A stretch of 63,701 nt of DNA, filler included, from Sphacelaria rigidula (taxonomy: Eukaryota): assembly GCA_964200075.2 (NCBI GenBank). It is 11 parts of 11 records of this genome, joined end to end, with 100 filler letters (N's around TTAATTAATTAA, not from the genome) between each part and the next. Parts side by side here need not be neighbours in the genome. Positions count along the whole stretch, not along the records: positions 1 to 5,701 come from CAXNAA020025140.1; positions 5,802 to 11,501 come from CAXNAA020025141.1; 9 more parts are not named here. One strand, given 5' to 3'. Positions 1-10,564 of this stretch are shown piece by piece; within the stretch, counting starts at the first letter, position 1; each line of letters begins with the position of its first letter. Both the position numbers and the translations under genes were made by a program. Below the pieces are notes generated by a model. That model was not told the DNA's origin. It did not search any database and was given only the letters and a program-made list of their open reading frames with translations.

Positions 1-247
1 ACGGTAGCTCCTTTTGTCTTTCAACGGCCCACCTTGGTTTAGTGCCTCGTGAAAATGACCACATTGTGGCATGTACACTCCTTCCCGGTTTTTCCCACTC
101 CACCCTGTATGAGTGTAAGTACAACGTTTTAGTATAGGCTGGCAACCCAAAAAAACTCCTGGGAAATCCCGGGAACGCTATACTGAATGCAAATGATACG
201 ATAAGCCATGCTCTGAGCATCCTGGCTTTGGGAACCTGGGAAGACTT

Positions 248-627
248 CATACGTCGGACGAGCACGAGTGTGACTCGTGGCACTCGCACTCGTTGGGCTG
301 CTCGTTGGCCGTACAAATTGATAGGGCGAGCACTCGAGTCATTGCTCGGTGTGGAAAAAATCAATAGGGCAAGCACTCGAGTCATTGCTCGTTGCGGAAA
401 ACAATAATAGGGCAAGCACTCGAGTCATAGCTTGTTGTGGAAAACAAAAATAGGGCGAGCACTCGAGTCATCGCTCGTTGTGGAAAAAAATAAGAGGGTA
501 AGCACTCGAGTCACTGCTCGTTGTGGAAAAAATAAATAGGGCGAGCACTCGAGTCATGCTCGTTGTGTTTTGGGAAAACACCCACGAGTGCACTCGTCTA
601 CACGAGTAATGACTCGTCCGACCTGTG
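248..627. mobile_element. MITE-like element with ~15-bp terminal inverted repeats enclosing a tandem array
   Basis: Left end CATACGTCGGACGAG (248-262). Right end CTCGTCCGACCTGTG (613-627), whose reverse complement is CACAGGTCGGACGAG. CA...TG termini; no clear TSD. Confidence 0.6.
321..570. repeat. Tandem minisatellite, ~43-bp unit x6
   Basis: Six head-to-tail copies of ATAGGGCRAGCACTCGAGTCATTGCTCGTTGTGGAAAA with only short A-rich variation between them. Confidence 0.9.
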
Positions 628-1530
628 ATAATCTCACATTTCAGCTGCAAAGTAGACGCACATCTTCTTCAATGCCTACTGCCAAATATCACCCTTAATA
701 TATGCTAGACTTGGGATATACTACTACAATCCCAATATGTATATATGTACAGTAGGGGGAGCTCGGGTGCGGGCGGATGCGGGCATTATACACGCAGTCC
801 AGTATAATTCGCGTTTACGGGTATAAACGACAGGTACAAGTGAAAATGAAAAATACCGGAGTGTTGGGTGCCCAGGCAGCAGCCGTCCTAGTGCAGGATA
901 CAGAGATAAGTAGAAGTTCTCGCAGACGAGCTTAGTTCATGATTCCGACTATGTGCTGGTTCAGTGGATACTTGTCAGACTTTGGTCACATTTTTAGCTT
1001 GTTCCGTTCACGATTTAGGTCAAAATCAGAGTCTACGTCCCGTCTTCTACTTTTGGTACACACGACGGTTCGATTTTGTTTTGTGCTGTGCTGTACTGTA
1101 AAAAGAGCTACTCGGCCTCGACAATCCATCCCTGTCATGTATACATTTTTCATGATGCCGATTCAATCCATGACCTGCTCTCGCTGCCTGCGGTTCTGTC
1201 GGTACTATATATATGTATGCCTTGCACCGGCAATCAGCTGCGTCAGAAGCTTTCAACTCCAGAATACGACAACACAACGTCAGCATTCAGCGTCGTGTTG
1301 CACTAGACTTCGTTTCACGTTCCTCCTTGTGTGCGAGAAGCTGTAGGTGCACTGACCCACCGGCAGTCAGCGACGTGAACTGTCTGTTCTTGATGTAGTT
1401 ATGCACTGTCTGTACTACAGCACAGATTACTTGCGCGAAGCAATCATTTGCTTCGGAAACGTTTGCGCCAGGAATCGACGACACCACGTCGGCATTCAGC
1501 GTCGAACTGCACTAGACTTCGTTTCACGTT

Positions 1531-1799
1531 TGTAGAGTAGTCCACCTCCAGTACACGTGCAGGTACATGATAAACTGGATATTAGGTTACATAAAATTTG
1601 ATCATGGGATATCCTCTGGAGTATAACGATGATTGCTTGACATGTGATGTGTATGCAAGGACAAAAGGGATTAATTCTGGTTTTAACGAAGACAGCTGTT
1701 TGTGTAACTGCTCGATTCTTGAAGTCTGTGGAGCCCTTGACAGGGAGGAAGCCTCTGGAGCAGCATTGTGACCTTGTTCTGATTTCAGACAAGTCTACA
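1531..1799 (+). repeat. 5' LTR
   Basis: TG...CA with 6-bp terminal inverted repeat; colinear with 3680-3948. Confidence 0.9.
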
Positions 1800-1911
1800 A
1801 TAAACGTTTTTTCAGTAAACTTGTCGGTTTCTGGATTAGGTTTATTTGAAGCGGCACCGCGCCCTACAGTCTGTAGAGACCGAGGAAGCTCGCGTTGAAT
1901 AGCAGGGGGGG

Positions 1912-2577
1912 ATGTACCCGCTTATGCAAAGCAGTGCGCCAAACAAAAGTGCAGTGCCCTTAGGCTGTTGGCACTGTTTGGGCCGAGGTTGTCATATGTG
2001 CGATGCTTGTATCGATCCTACGGCGGGAGAAAGTACTGCCCCGCAGGAATCTCTGCTTCAAGGGGAGGTGGATTCCACGTTGACGGATTTAGATCCGCGC
2101 GATAGACTTGTGCTCGATGACCAGCGTGTAGCTGAAGACACGCCGTGCATGCTCGAACCAGCAGGGGTGTGTGACCCGCTTGAAGCGGGAAGGCAGAGCG
2201 AGCTTCAGGATTGTGATGCTAGTAGCGATCACAATTCCTACAGCGACATCGAGCGTTGCGCAGTGTTGGGGTGGCCGCATGCACTCCTGTTTGCATGGAC
2301 AGGTTTGTCGTGCTTGGCGGCGTTGATTGAGGTGTGTCTGCCGCAGCACGGTCAGGTGCTTGAGGAGGATGGTGTGATGCTATCGGAAGGTATTACTGCG
2401 CGGGACTCTATGGCTGTTCCCGTTTCACCTCTCGTTTCCTCTGAAGAAACGACTAAAGCACGAGCGTTCGTTAATGCTCAAGCATCTGTTGGGGCAAAGG
2501 ATTTATCGCATTGGTTTGGCGGTGCAAGTATACCGTTTGCTGGCACCCTGAGTGGCACTGTGGGGTGCTACATGTAG
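1912..2577 (+). pseudogene. Degenerate gag(-protease) remnant of the LTR element
   Basis: 221-aa ORF between the LTRs with CWHCLGRGCHMCDAC (zinc-knuckle-like) and DCDASSDH (weakly like Copia protease DSGASDH). Confidence 0.45.
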
Positions 2578-3679
2578 CTGGACCGATGATACGCGGAGCG
2601 AGTGTTCGAATGGAAACGCTGGGCTATGGTGTGCATGATTCTGTGGTCCGACCGCTGCTGTCTCTCTGGAGTGGGCTGGAGGACTACACGGGAGGCATTA
2701 CTTGAGGTGCTTGCTGGTGGTGAGCTCCGAGCTAGCTTATGCTGGGGACGAAGTGCTGGTGTGGCTGAGTGTTTGTTGAGATTGCGACTGAAAACCACAA
2801 AGAAGACGATATCCTCGAATCGTTTGGGTACGATTATAGTCTGTTGTGTTGTCCGCAGTCCTGTTTGTAATCCTGTTGGCGCATGAGACATGGCGGTCGA
2901 ACGAGTATTATCGTATTGAGTATGTCGCGTGCCATGCTGGTGTGCACGTGCATGGTTTTGCATCTGTGCGTTGGATTGCTTTGGTCAGCGCATGATGCAC
3001 GGTGTTCGAGATTGAGGTTTCATTGCAAATGATGGGTGAAACTCTGGCATTCATGTATGTAGTTTCTCTGCACCATGTATTATTGTGCATGGTATTAGGC
3101 GATCATTCATGTCATCGCAGTTTTCAAATGCTGCTGAACTCTGGATGAGGCACATCAAACTGATCCGTGTTTGCAAAATGCGGCGAAATTTTCGCTGTGC
3201 GGTTCGCGCTACTGCCTGTAAGAGCTGATAATTGCTGTTGCTTGTAACATGAAGGAGACGCTCCCGAAATGTGTAGGTTCGTATGTGAGCAAATATAACG
3301 CGAGTATTTCTAGTGGAACCCGTTGAAAATGGTGCGAATGCTTGAAATTCCGAGTTCACTGGCGTCTGGGACTATTTGCGGGGGTGCAGTCCGAATACTT
3401 GTTTCGGGCTGAGATATGACGCCTGAAGGCAGGTTTGTGTGAGTATACCATGACTGGCAATCATCATTGGATGATTGGCGTCACTGACTTCGATTGGGAC
3501 GTTGTCTTCGAGTGTCGATGCTCAAGGTTGTGCGAATTATCATTTTCTCTTGTGGAACATGACAGTGCACGGTCGTGTATCACCGACAGGCGGACAAAGC
3601 TAGAATGAACGTGATTGTCGGTGTCTACTGTTTGTCAAAGTCGCTTTCTACTTTGAGTAGTGCGGAGGTTTGGGGGTGG

Positions 3680-3948
3680 TGTAGAGTAGTCCACCTCCAG
3701 TACACATGTAGGCACATGATAAACTGGATATTAGGTTACATGAGATTCGGTCATGTGATATCCTCTGGAGTATGACGATGACTGCTTGACATGTGATGTG
3801 TGTGCACGGGCAAAAGGGATCACTTCTGGTTTAAGCGAAGACAGCTGTTTGTGTAGCTGCTTGAGTCTTGAAGTCTGTGGAGCCCCTGACAAGGAGGTAG
3901 CCTCTGGAGCAGCACTGTGGCCTTGTTCTGATTTCAGACAAGTCTACA
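3680..3948 (+). repeat. 3' LTR
   Basis: Follows the PPT; TGTAGA...TCTACA; matches 1531-1799. Confidence 0.9.
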
Positions 3949-4227
3949 CATTCCTTCTCCTGTGCGAGAGGTTGTCGGTGCGACCACCAGTAATAGGCGC
4001 CGTATACGGTTGCACTAGATTTCGCTTTCACGTTCCTTGTGTGTGAGAACGCGCTCGTTCGTGTGCCCTCTTTCGCCCTGGAAATAAGGCCGGTCCAGTT
4101 GTTGTGTGAGGTACAATATCCCGAAATCGAGATGCCCGATATATTCAAGTGTAAATTACTGTGCAATGTACCGGGAATCTCGAGCTTGAGATACCTCTAC
4201 AAACCTGTGCGCGAGAACATCTACGGG

Positions 4228-4880
4228 ACGCCCGCTGGAAACATTGCAGGACCACCGCGATCACGCGCCCGTTCGAACGGTCGCGAACGCAGGTATACCC
4301 CCGGACAAAATGTAGCACGACTCCGCGCACTGGATCCCTAGCATTGGCATTGGCCCCAACAGTCATCCCCCGGGGCGAGTGCGGAGGAACTTGCTCACTA
4401 AAATCGGCATAAATCTCTTGGACGCCTCCCTACAAAGTATTCTTCACGCTCGTGAGTCCGAAATATTCTATATAAATACAAGCCGCCCGGGACCCGGGAC
4501 TGCGCCCCCGTCCCAATCGTCTTTTTCGAGGGTCTCAGTATTTTTTGTCTTGCCAAGCCCTCGTGAGAATGGATCCTCTCTCAAAATGTTCATGCCCACC
4601 GGGAACATTGCAGGACCACCGCGATCGCGCGTCCGTTCGAACGGTCGCGAACGCATGTGTATCCCGGCACAAAAGTAAAGCACGAATCTGCTAACCGGGC
4701 CCCTGGCATTGGCATTGACCCGAACAGTCATCTCCCGGGGCGGGTGCGGAGGAGCTTGCACACTAAAATCAGCATTAAATCTCGTGGACGCCTCGCTACA
4801 AAGTATACTTCACGCTCGTGAGTTCGAAATGTTCTATATATACACGGATCGGACGGGGCCGCCGATAGGCGGCCCCGTCC
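4228..4880. repeat. Diverged direct duplication (~365-bp period) ending in a perfect GC-rich hairpin
   Basis: AACATTGCAGGACCACCGCGATC...GTTCGAACGGTCGCGAACGCA at ~4240 and ~4604. Hairpin GGACGGGGCCGCC-GATA-GGCGGCCCCGTCC at 4851-4880. Confidence 0.8.
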
Positions 4881-5098
4881 TCCACGATAGGCGTGGAAAG
4901 GAATTAATTTAATTTGGGAGATGGTAAAGGCAATAACTCCTACCAAGAAATTGAGCCCAAGATTGGATATCTGTATCGATTATGAAACTATGTTATATGT
5001 GATGAGTAGAAGATGGGAGATCCGGCACCAGCGTAATGTTTGATCCGTTCGTTCGCGCATTTTTTTCACCCTTTCAGGGCGTGTCTTGGGCCAACTCT

Positions 5099-5546
5099 AA
5101 TGGTAGCCGTTCAAAATTCCTGTTTAAAACTGCCTTTTGGGCCCTTCTCCGTCGATTCACGCCCGAAAAGAGGGCTAGACGCATGTTGGCGCTCTGAAGT
5201 GATTTGCTCTACTCGTTGAGACCGTTCTAGGTCGACTTTGCATTTCCCGCCGGCCGCACTTTTGTTTTTGGCCAAATTAGGCCAAACACGGATGTTCAGC
5301 AAAAAACGGCCAGGTGATAAAAATTTCCCCCTGTTTTTTGATCGCTTGACCGTCTTTTGTTGAAAATCCGTGTTTGGCCAAAAAAGTGCGGCCAGCGGGA
5401 AATGCAAAGTTGCCCTGGAACGGTCTCAATGAGTAGAGCAATTCATTCGAAGGCGTCAATATCGGCCTAGCCCTCTTTTCAGGCGAAAAACGACGGAGAA
5501 GGGTCAAAAAGGCAGTTTTGAACAGAAATTTTGAACGGCTGCCATT
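5099..5546. mobile_element. Foldback/palindromic MITE (~450 bp)
   Basis: AATGGTAGCCGTTCAAAATT... versus ...AATTTTGAACGGCTGCCATT. The arms are complementary almost to the centre, and the arm sequence recurs at ~7960-8050. Confidence 0.85.
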
Positions 5547-5701
5547 TTTTTTTTTTCCTCACACTGAGCCTCTCCCCTTCCTCATGATGAGTCCGTGGTC
5601 TCAAGGGATCAACGCGCCTCTCCCCTGGTACGCGCCTTTCATTTTGGTCTCGCGGATCGGGTCAGCACTCCAGCACCGCGTCAACTCACGTCACACAAAC
5701 C
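5547..5701 (-). mobile_element. tRNA-derived SINE, 3' part (cut by contig end)
   Basis: T-run followed by CCTCTCCCCTTCCTC...GGTCTCAAGGGATCAA, shared with 52014-52101, 53920-54207 and 55590-55795. Confidence 0.75.
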
Positions 5702-5801
5702 NNNNNNNNNNNNNNNNNNNNNNNNNNNNNNNNNNNNNNNNNNNNTTAATTAATTAANNNNNNNNNNNNNNNNNNNNNNNNNNNNNNNNNNNNNNNNNNN
5801 N
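5702..5801. other. Artificial contig-joining spacer (first of ten)
   Basis: N44-TTAATTAATTAA-N44, giving stops in all six frames. Repeats at 11502, 17302, 23102, 28902, 34702, 40502, 46302, 52102 and 57902. Confidence 0.98.
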
Positions 5802-5802
5802 T

Positions 5803-6150
5803 GTGGTCCTGGGTGCAGGGCAAACCATCATCACCGTCGTCTCCGACGACACCGAGGAGGCTGAGGTTTCTAGAGTGCTGGACGCAGCATGCGAGCAAGC
5901 ACTTCAGGGTGGACAGTTTGCCCAACTAACTCAACCGCCGAAACGGGTTGGACCAAGTCGTCTGCCGAAGTGCGTCCCAACCTCGAACTACTCAAAGTCT
6001 ATCCAGGCTCAAAAACAAACCATCGACGTCAACATGGTCGACGACGATGACAACGACGACGACGACGACGATGGGGTGACGAAGGAAAACCAGGATTTGG
6101 CGCTCGAGGTGGCCAGGGACCATGCTCGGTTGTACGGTTTGGGAATTAAG
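5803..6150 (+). CDS. Putative upstream exon of the SET-domain gene (acidic, low complexity; 5'-truncated)
   Basis: Open from the contig start, contains a poly-Asp tract, ends at AAG|GTGACC donor. Same strand as the SET exon. Confidence 0.4.
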
Positions 6151-6397
6151 GTGACCTCTGAAGCCTGTCGAGTTGCGACTCATTGTTTTAATGTTGCTCG
6201 TGTATATGCAAATACAAACGTAGGGGGACTATCGTAGGAAGTGTCGAAGCAACGCTGGCGACAACTCGGAAAACCGAGCATAGCTGCCACCCTGGAGAGC
6301 TCTATTATAAATATTAGTGCAAATGAATCGTGAACACAACTGTTCCGCTGCTGCGGATGATACTGTCAGCACAGTCCACATCCGTCCCACGAAATAG

Positions 6398-7159
6398 AAC
6401 AAATGTCGTGATTTGTTTCGATCGACTCGGCGACCGGCCCGCAACTGTTCCGATTCCATCCTCACGTATCCATCCCCGAACTCTCTCGCACCCCATCTCC
6501 GTGCTCGCACGTTTGGTCAGGAATCGAGCAGGGGAGGACTGGGACTGTTTGCGGTGGAGGCGATGAAGCCCGAAGACTCACCGCCTATGGTGTTGATGGG
6601 CTCCTTTGTGGTGTGCGATTTACTTCAGCTAGGGCAGGCGATGGAAATAGATGGTGTGCCTAGATACGAAATCTGTAATGCGCCTCAGTTTTCGAAGTTG
6701 TTGCAGCCATGGGAGGTGTCGAACGAGGGTTCGACGTTGTACCTGAAACCCGAGCGTAGGACCTTCCCGTATTATATGAACCCGTCCGAACCTGTCGAGG
6801 ACGACGCCAATGTTGTACCCAGCAGTGTCTTCGTCAAGGAGCACGACACCCCCGTAGTTGATCTTTAAGAGACAAAGTCGATACTGCGAAACAGCATTGA
6901 AGGCATAATGTTCAAGGTCACACGCCCTATTGGTATGGGAGAGGAGTTGCTCTGCCAATATCCAATTTTCGAGGGGAAGGCGGATGTGCAACGTGTTGGT
7001 TCCCAGGGCGGTTCGCCCAATAGAGACGTAGTAGACGGTACGGTTGATGGCGAGACGAAACGGGGCGGCGAAGAAGAGTCTAGCGGCGACGACGGTAGTT
7101 CGGACGGCGGTGCTGATGATGATCAGGACCTTGATTATGTCCCATCACGAACGGGATAA
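6398..7159 (+). pseudogene. SET-domain (lysine methyltransferase-like) terminal exon with one in-frame stop
   Basis: ORFs 6413-6868 and 6908-7159 are in the same frame. Motifs occur in SET order: GGLGLFA, YYMNPS..(DA)N (NHS-like), FKVTRPIGMGEELLCQY. TAA at 6866-6868; acceptor AATAG at 6393-6397. Confidence 0.7.
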
Positions 7160-7869
7160 CCGTCCCTGTGCGACGAGGCATTTTATTTAGTATTTTCGGT
7201 AACGTAGACATCATTCGCGATCCTCTGGTGATGTTCGTGTGTTGAGATCACTTGTGGACTGCCTTCGAGTAGTGATTGCCTGCCGCCGCCATTCCAGTCT
7301 TCGTTGTTGTTTAGGCGCCGATCAAAGAAACAGGGTAGAAGACGACGGCGACAATAATGCAGGAAATCGATGTTGACCGCTTGATTCTGTCGTAGCGGGT
7401 GTTTCCCGCCATTGGGGGGGGGCTTTCGCCGCCAAATGCGTCATTTACACAAAAGAAAAGGTTAGTTTTTGCTCCAAAATGCGAACAAGCGTAATATTCC
7501 CTCGCGACACAACGGATTTGTTCGCAAGACAATCGCTTGCACGTAGCCGGATTGACGGATGGTGCTCCGTCAGTGACAGTAATGACTTGATTCCCGAGAC
7601 TGTTTCAAGACTACTTCGCGTGTCTTGTCGGGAACACTTCACGAAATTTGTCTTGTTACCATTGTGTACTATTCACACGAAAACAAGCGTGACATCGACA
7701 TTTTTATGCATGGAGAGTAGTGACGTATCAACAGTTACCACACCAGGATTCTCCAACGTCGCAAGCAAGTGTTTTCGCATGAATAGTAGAGAAACGTCAA
7801 CAGTTTCAACGGCAGGATTTTGCACCAATTTGCGAGGTAAGCGTTTTGTCCATGAATGATGCAGGTACA

Positions 7870-8103
7870 ACCGGCCGCTCAAAGCCATGAAAAGCCTTCT
7901 CTCAAGCCTACTCTCAATCGTATCTTATATTCCCAATCTCACGAAAACATTGTTAAAGGTGCTCTGGAACCGTCTCAGCGAGTAGAGCAAGTCATCCCAA
8001 GGTGTCAACAGCCGCCTAGCCCTCTTTTCGATGGAAAAACGACGGAGAACGGTAATAGAATGCACTTTTCAACAACTTTTATGTTTTGGTACAGAAGGTA
8101 GCC
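7870..8103. mobile_element. DNA-transposon subterminal/terminal segment
   Basis: 7960-8050 is homologous to the arm of the 5099-5546 MITE. 7905-7955 is homologous to 57745-57800 (reverse). Ends ...GGTAGCC followed by TGA. Confidence 0.5.
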
Positions 8104-8106
8104 TGA

Positions 8107-8584
8107 TGCCGCTTCTTTGAAACTGAAAAACAAATCTGTCTGAAAGCTGCCCTTTTGAACCTTTCACCTCGTATTATTGGCGGAATACGGGCCTTGGCTC
8201 ATTTGCCCCCCTCGGAAAGATTCGCTATATTTTTCACGAGGATTACAGCGCACTTGTCCGACCGTCGTACTTCCAGTTATACTCTTGTCCGGAGTCTGGA
8301 ATTTTGCAGTCGCCACGAAAATTGTCCACTTGTCGGGAAGAAAACGTACTTTTTCTCGACAACTCGAAGTTTCTTCATGTGACTGCAAAAATCCGAAATC
8401 CACCCAAGTGTAAAACTAGGAGGACGAAATATCGTACAAGCGTGCTGGAATCCTCTTGAAAAATAGAGCAGATCTTCCCGAGGAGGCCAAACCCGCCAAG
8501 GCCCGTATTCCGCCAATAACCCGTGATGAAAGGTTCAAAAGGGCAGTTGTCAGACAGATTTTTTTCAGGCTGTGAAAAGCGGCC
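8107..8584. mobile_element. Palindromic MITE, PIF/Harbinger (Tourist)-like
   Basis: Long inverted arms (CTGCCCTTTTGAACCTTTCA...TTATTGGCGGAATACGGGCCTTGGC and its complement). Ends (T)GCCGCTT/AAGCGGCC, flanked by TGA and TAA. Confidence 0.75.
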
Positions 8585-8654
8585 TAACCCCGTGAAAAAA
8601 AATGAATTCGTGGGCATCGCTACTACAGTTGTGCGCCCACCAGTGGAGGAGATC

Positions 8655-8790
8655 CTGGTGCAATTGCGGCCAAAACTTCCAGAAATTCGGCGCAGCATCC
8701 AACTTTTCGTGTGGGACGGCTGCGCTCATTGAATCCAAGCGCTGCAGTTGACTCCAATTATGGAGTTCATGAGTTCGAATCCCGACGGAT
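8655..8790 (+). repeat. Dispersed repeat with Pol III B-box (SINE-like)
   Basis: GACTCC..TTATGGAG.TCAT..GTTCGAATCCCGAC. A diverged inverted copy lies at ~47197-47325. Confidence 0.45.
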
Positions 8791-9659
8791 GCCCTCTTAT
8801 TCGTTCCGTCGGTTAGGTGATGCATTATGCAGTACATTTTTTTTTTTTTTCCATTCAGCGGCGGCCCCGTGCGTTACCAAGTTGGTCGGCAGGTCATACC
8901 GATATGCTCCAGGCGGTCTGATTTCGAAAACTAGGTAGCTTACGGTGTGAGAGGCAAATCAGGATTTACTGCTCGCCCAGCTCGTCGCACTATTTTTTCG
9001 TTCATCTCTTCATTTTGCGTCTGAAGGGGAGGTAGGGGGGTATCGACGGTTTCTAATGGCTTCCTGTACTCGTGGGGAAAAAAACTCGAGGATACCTTGA
9101 TTTTTTCTGGTCGTGGCAGATTTCTGTTTTTTACACATACACTCTTCTGCCAAGATGGTCAATTTCGGTGGAACAATCCGTGTCACGTTCGCATTTTCCG
9201 GGAGTGGCAGATTTGTTTCCACTTGACGACCACTTTTGGTCAACAACAGTCGGCACGAGGTGATAACTGTCGTGGATTTCTACGCCTGACCACCACTTTG
9301 TTTTAAACTCCACTGCTCTTCATAGTTTTTAGACGAACGTACAACTGCGGCAAGACAAACAAGATACAAGCGCCTGAATATGTTCATGTGACGTGATAGA
9401 TTTTTCAACGATGAACGCAAGGAAAACCGAGGGGGCAACATCCGCACAGCCATCACTTGCGCCCAAAACGATGAAGGAAAAGAAAAACAGTCGTTCAATC
9501 TGTTGTGTTTGCCATAGTGAGCGGTGTAGATGAAACGTAGCGAAAATCGACACGATGTGTGATGCGAAACACACGTGGTGACACGACCCGCTGTTCCGGT
9601 GCAGATCGTACAGTATCGACGACATCGGCGAGAGTGTGGCGAAGAAAACCACTCCATGT

Positions 9660-10564
9660 TTTTCGTCCGACCGTTCAACATAATAGTGATACGGATGATT
9701 CCCGGCAGTTGTTTCCTGGCACGAACGCCATAGCGTCGAGACGCGAGCGTTGGCAGTGCTGCACGGTAAACCAAATGGTTGACTGGCACACGATGGTGTT
9801 GTTCAGGTCAGTCGTCTGCCGTTAAAACACTCACTTGATTGACTGGCGGGCGTAGCCAGATCACCCCCAATACACTTTTGCACCCCAACGTGCACCGCAC
9901 ATGCACGAACCATGATCGCCATGTACCTGAGACACGGCTCATGACTACAGCCTGGAAAAAAATATCCTCGAGTTGTACATAACCGTTTGCGCAATCTATC
10001 TACAGGAAAGAACGGCCCCAAAATTCTCCACAGACTGACATCAGAACGCGAAAGTTTCCCCATTGTCGTCGCCCGCTTCCGATGCCGAGTCGTCTCTCTC
10101 AGAATCGCTGCATTCTGAATCCGAATCTCCGATCCAGATGCCGGCTGCAGAGTTCGACTTGTGTCCGGCGATCCGAGTGGAAGCTCCAGTGATGCGTTGC
10201 ATGGGGAAACGGGTGTCGTAGCCACCTGAGGAGAATGTAATGCCTTGAGCGCGTGTTCGTTTGCTCGATCCCTGTGCTGCAATGCAGCCTCCTGCTGCTC
10301 AGCCCATGTTCCCCATGCGCTACTCACATCTGGGTGGTTGATCATGTTCCTCTTCTGTCTTGACGCCGAAACGTGGGCATGCGAAGGTGTGCCTCTACCA
10401 GACCCAGGCGGGGCACGTCTTTTCTTTGTCTTCAAAGGTGGAGTAGAAGTCCCCACCTCACAGGGTATCCCGCCGGTAGTTTCTCGGCTTTCGCAAATTG
10501 GGGTGCCTACTTCGTGGCAGATTGTCGTCGGCGCAGTGGATGCCGATAGCTCCCGTGAGTTCAC
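9660..10564 (-). pseudogene. Probable spliced, decayed gene with S/T/P-rich N-terminal part and a C-terminal motif resembling P2X7-ballast/KolX-like domains
   Basis: 253-aa ORF. Acceptor TTTTTTCCAG precedes GCSHEPCL. An adjacent frame reads HLVYRAALPTLASRRYGVRARKQLPGIIRITI. Confidence 0.3.

Larger units (their letters stand above)
1531..3948 (+). mobile_element. Internally deleted, degenerate LTR retrotransposon (Copia-like), 2418 bp
   Basis: Two 269-bp LTRs (1531-1799, 3680-3948), each TGTAGA...TCTACA, with about 25 substitutions counted by eye. Purine-rich tract GGAGGTTTGGGGGTGG precedes the 3' LTR. Flanks CGTT/CATT. Internal CWHC-x5-H-x4-C knuckle-like motif, and YHFL...CLSKSL resembling the Copia RNase H end. 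Confidence 0.85.

Noticed and set aside
321..570. CRISPR array
   Set aside because: The units are head-to-tail with no unique spacers, there are no cas genes, and the context is eukaryotic.
5746..5757. Regularly spaced TTAATTAATTAA as a biological repeat
   Set aside because: It is always centred in N-runs and is an artificial six-frame stop linker.
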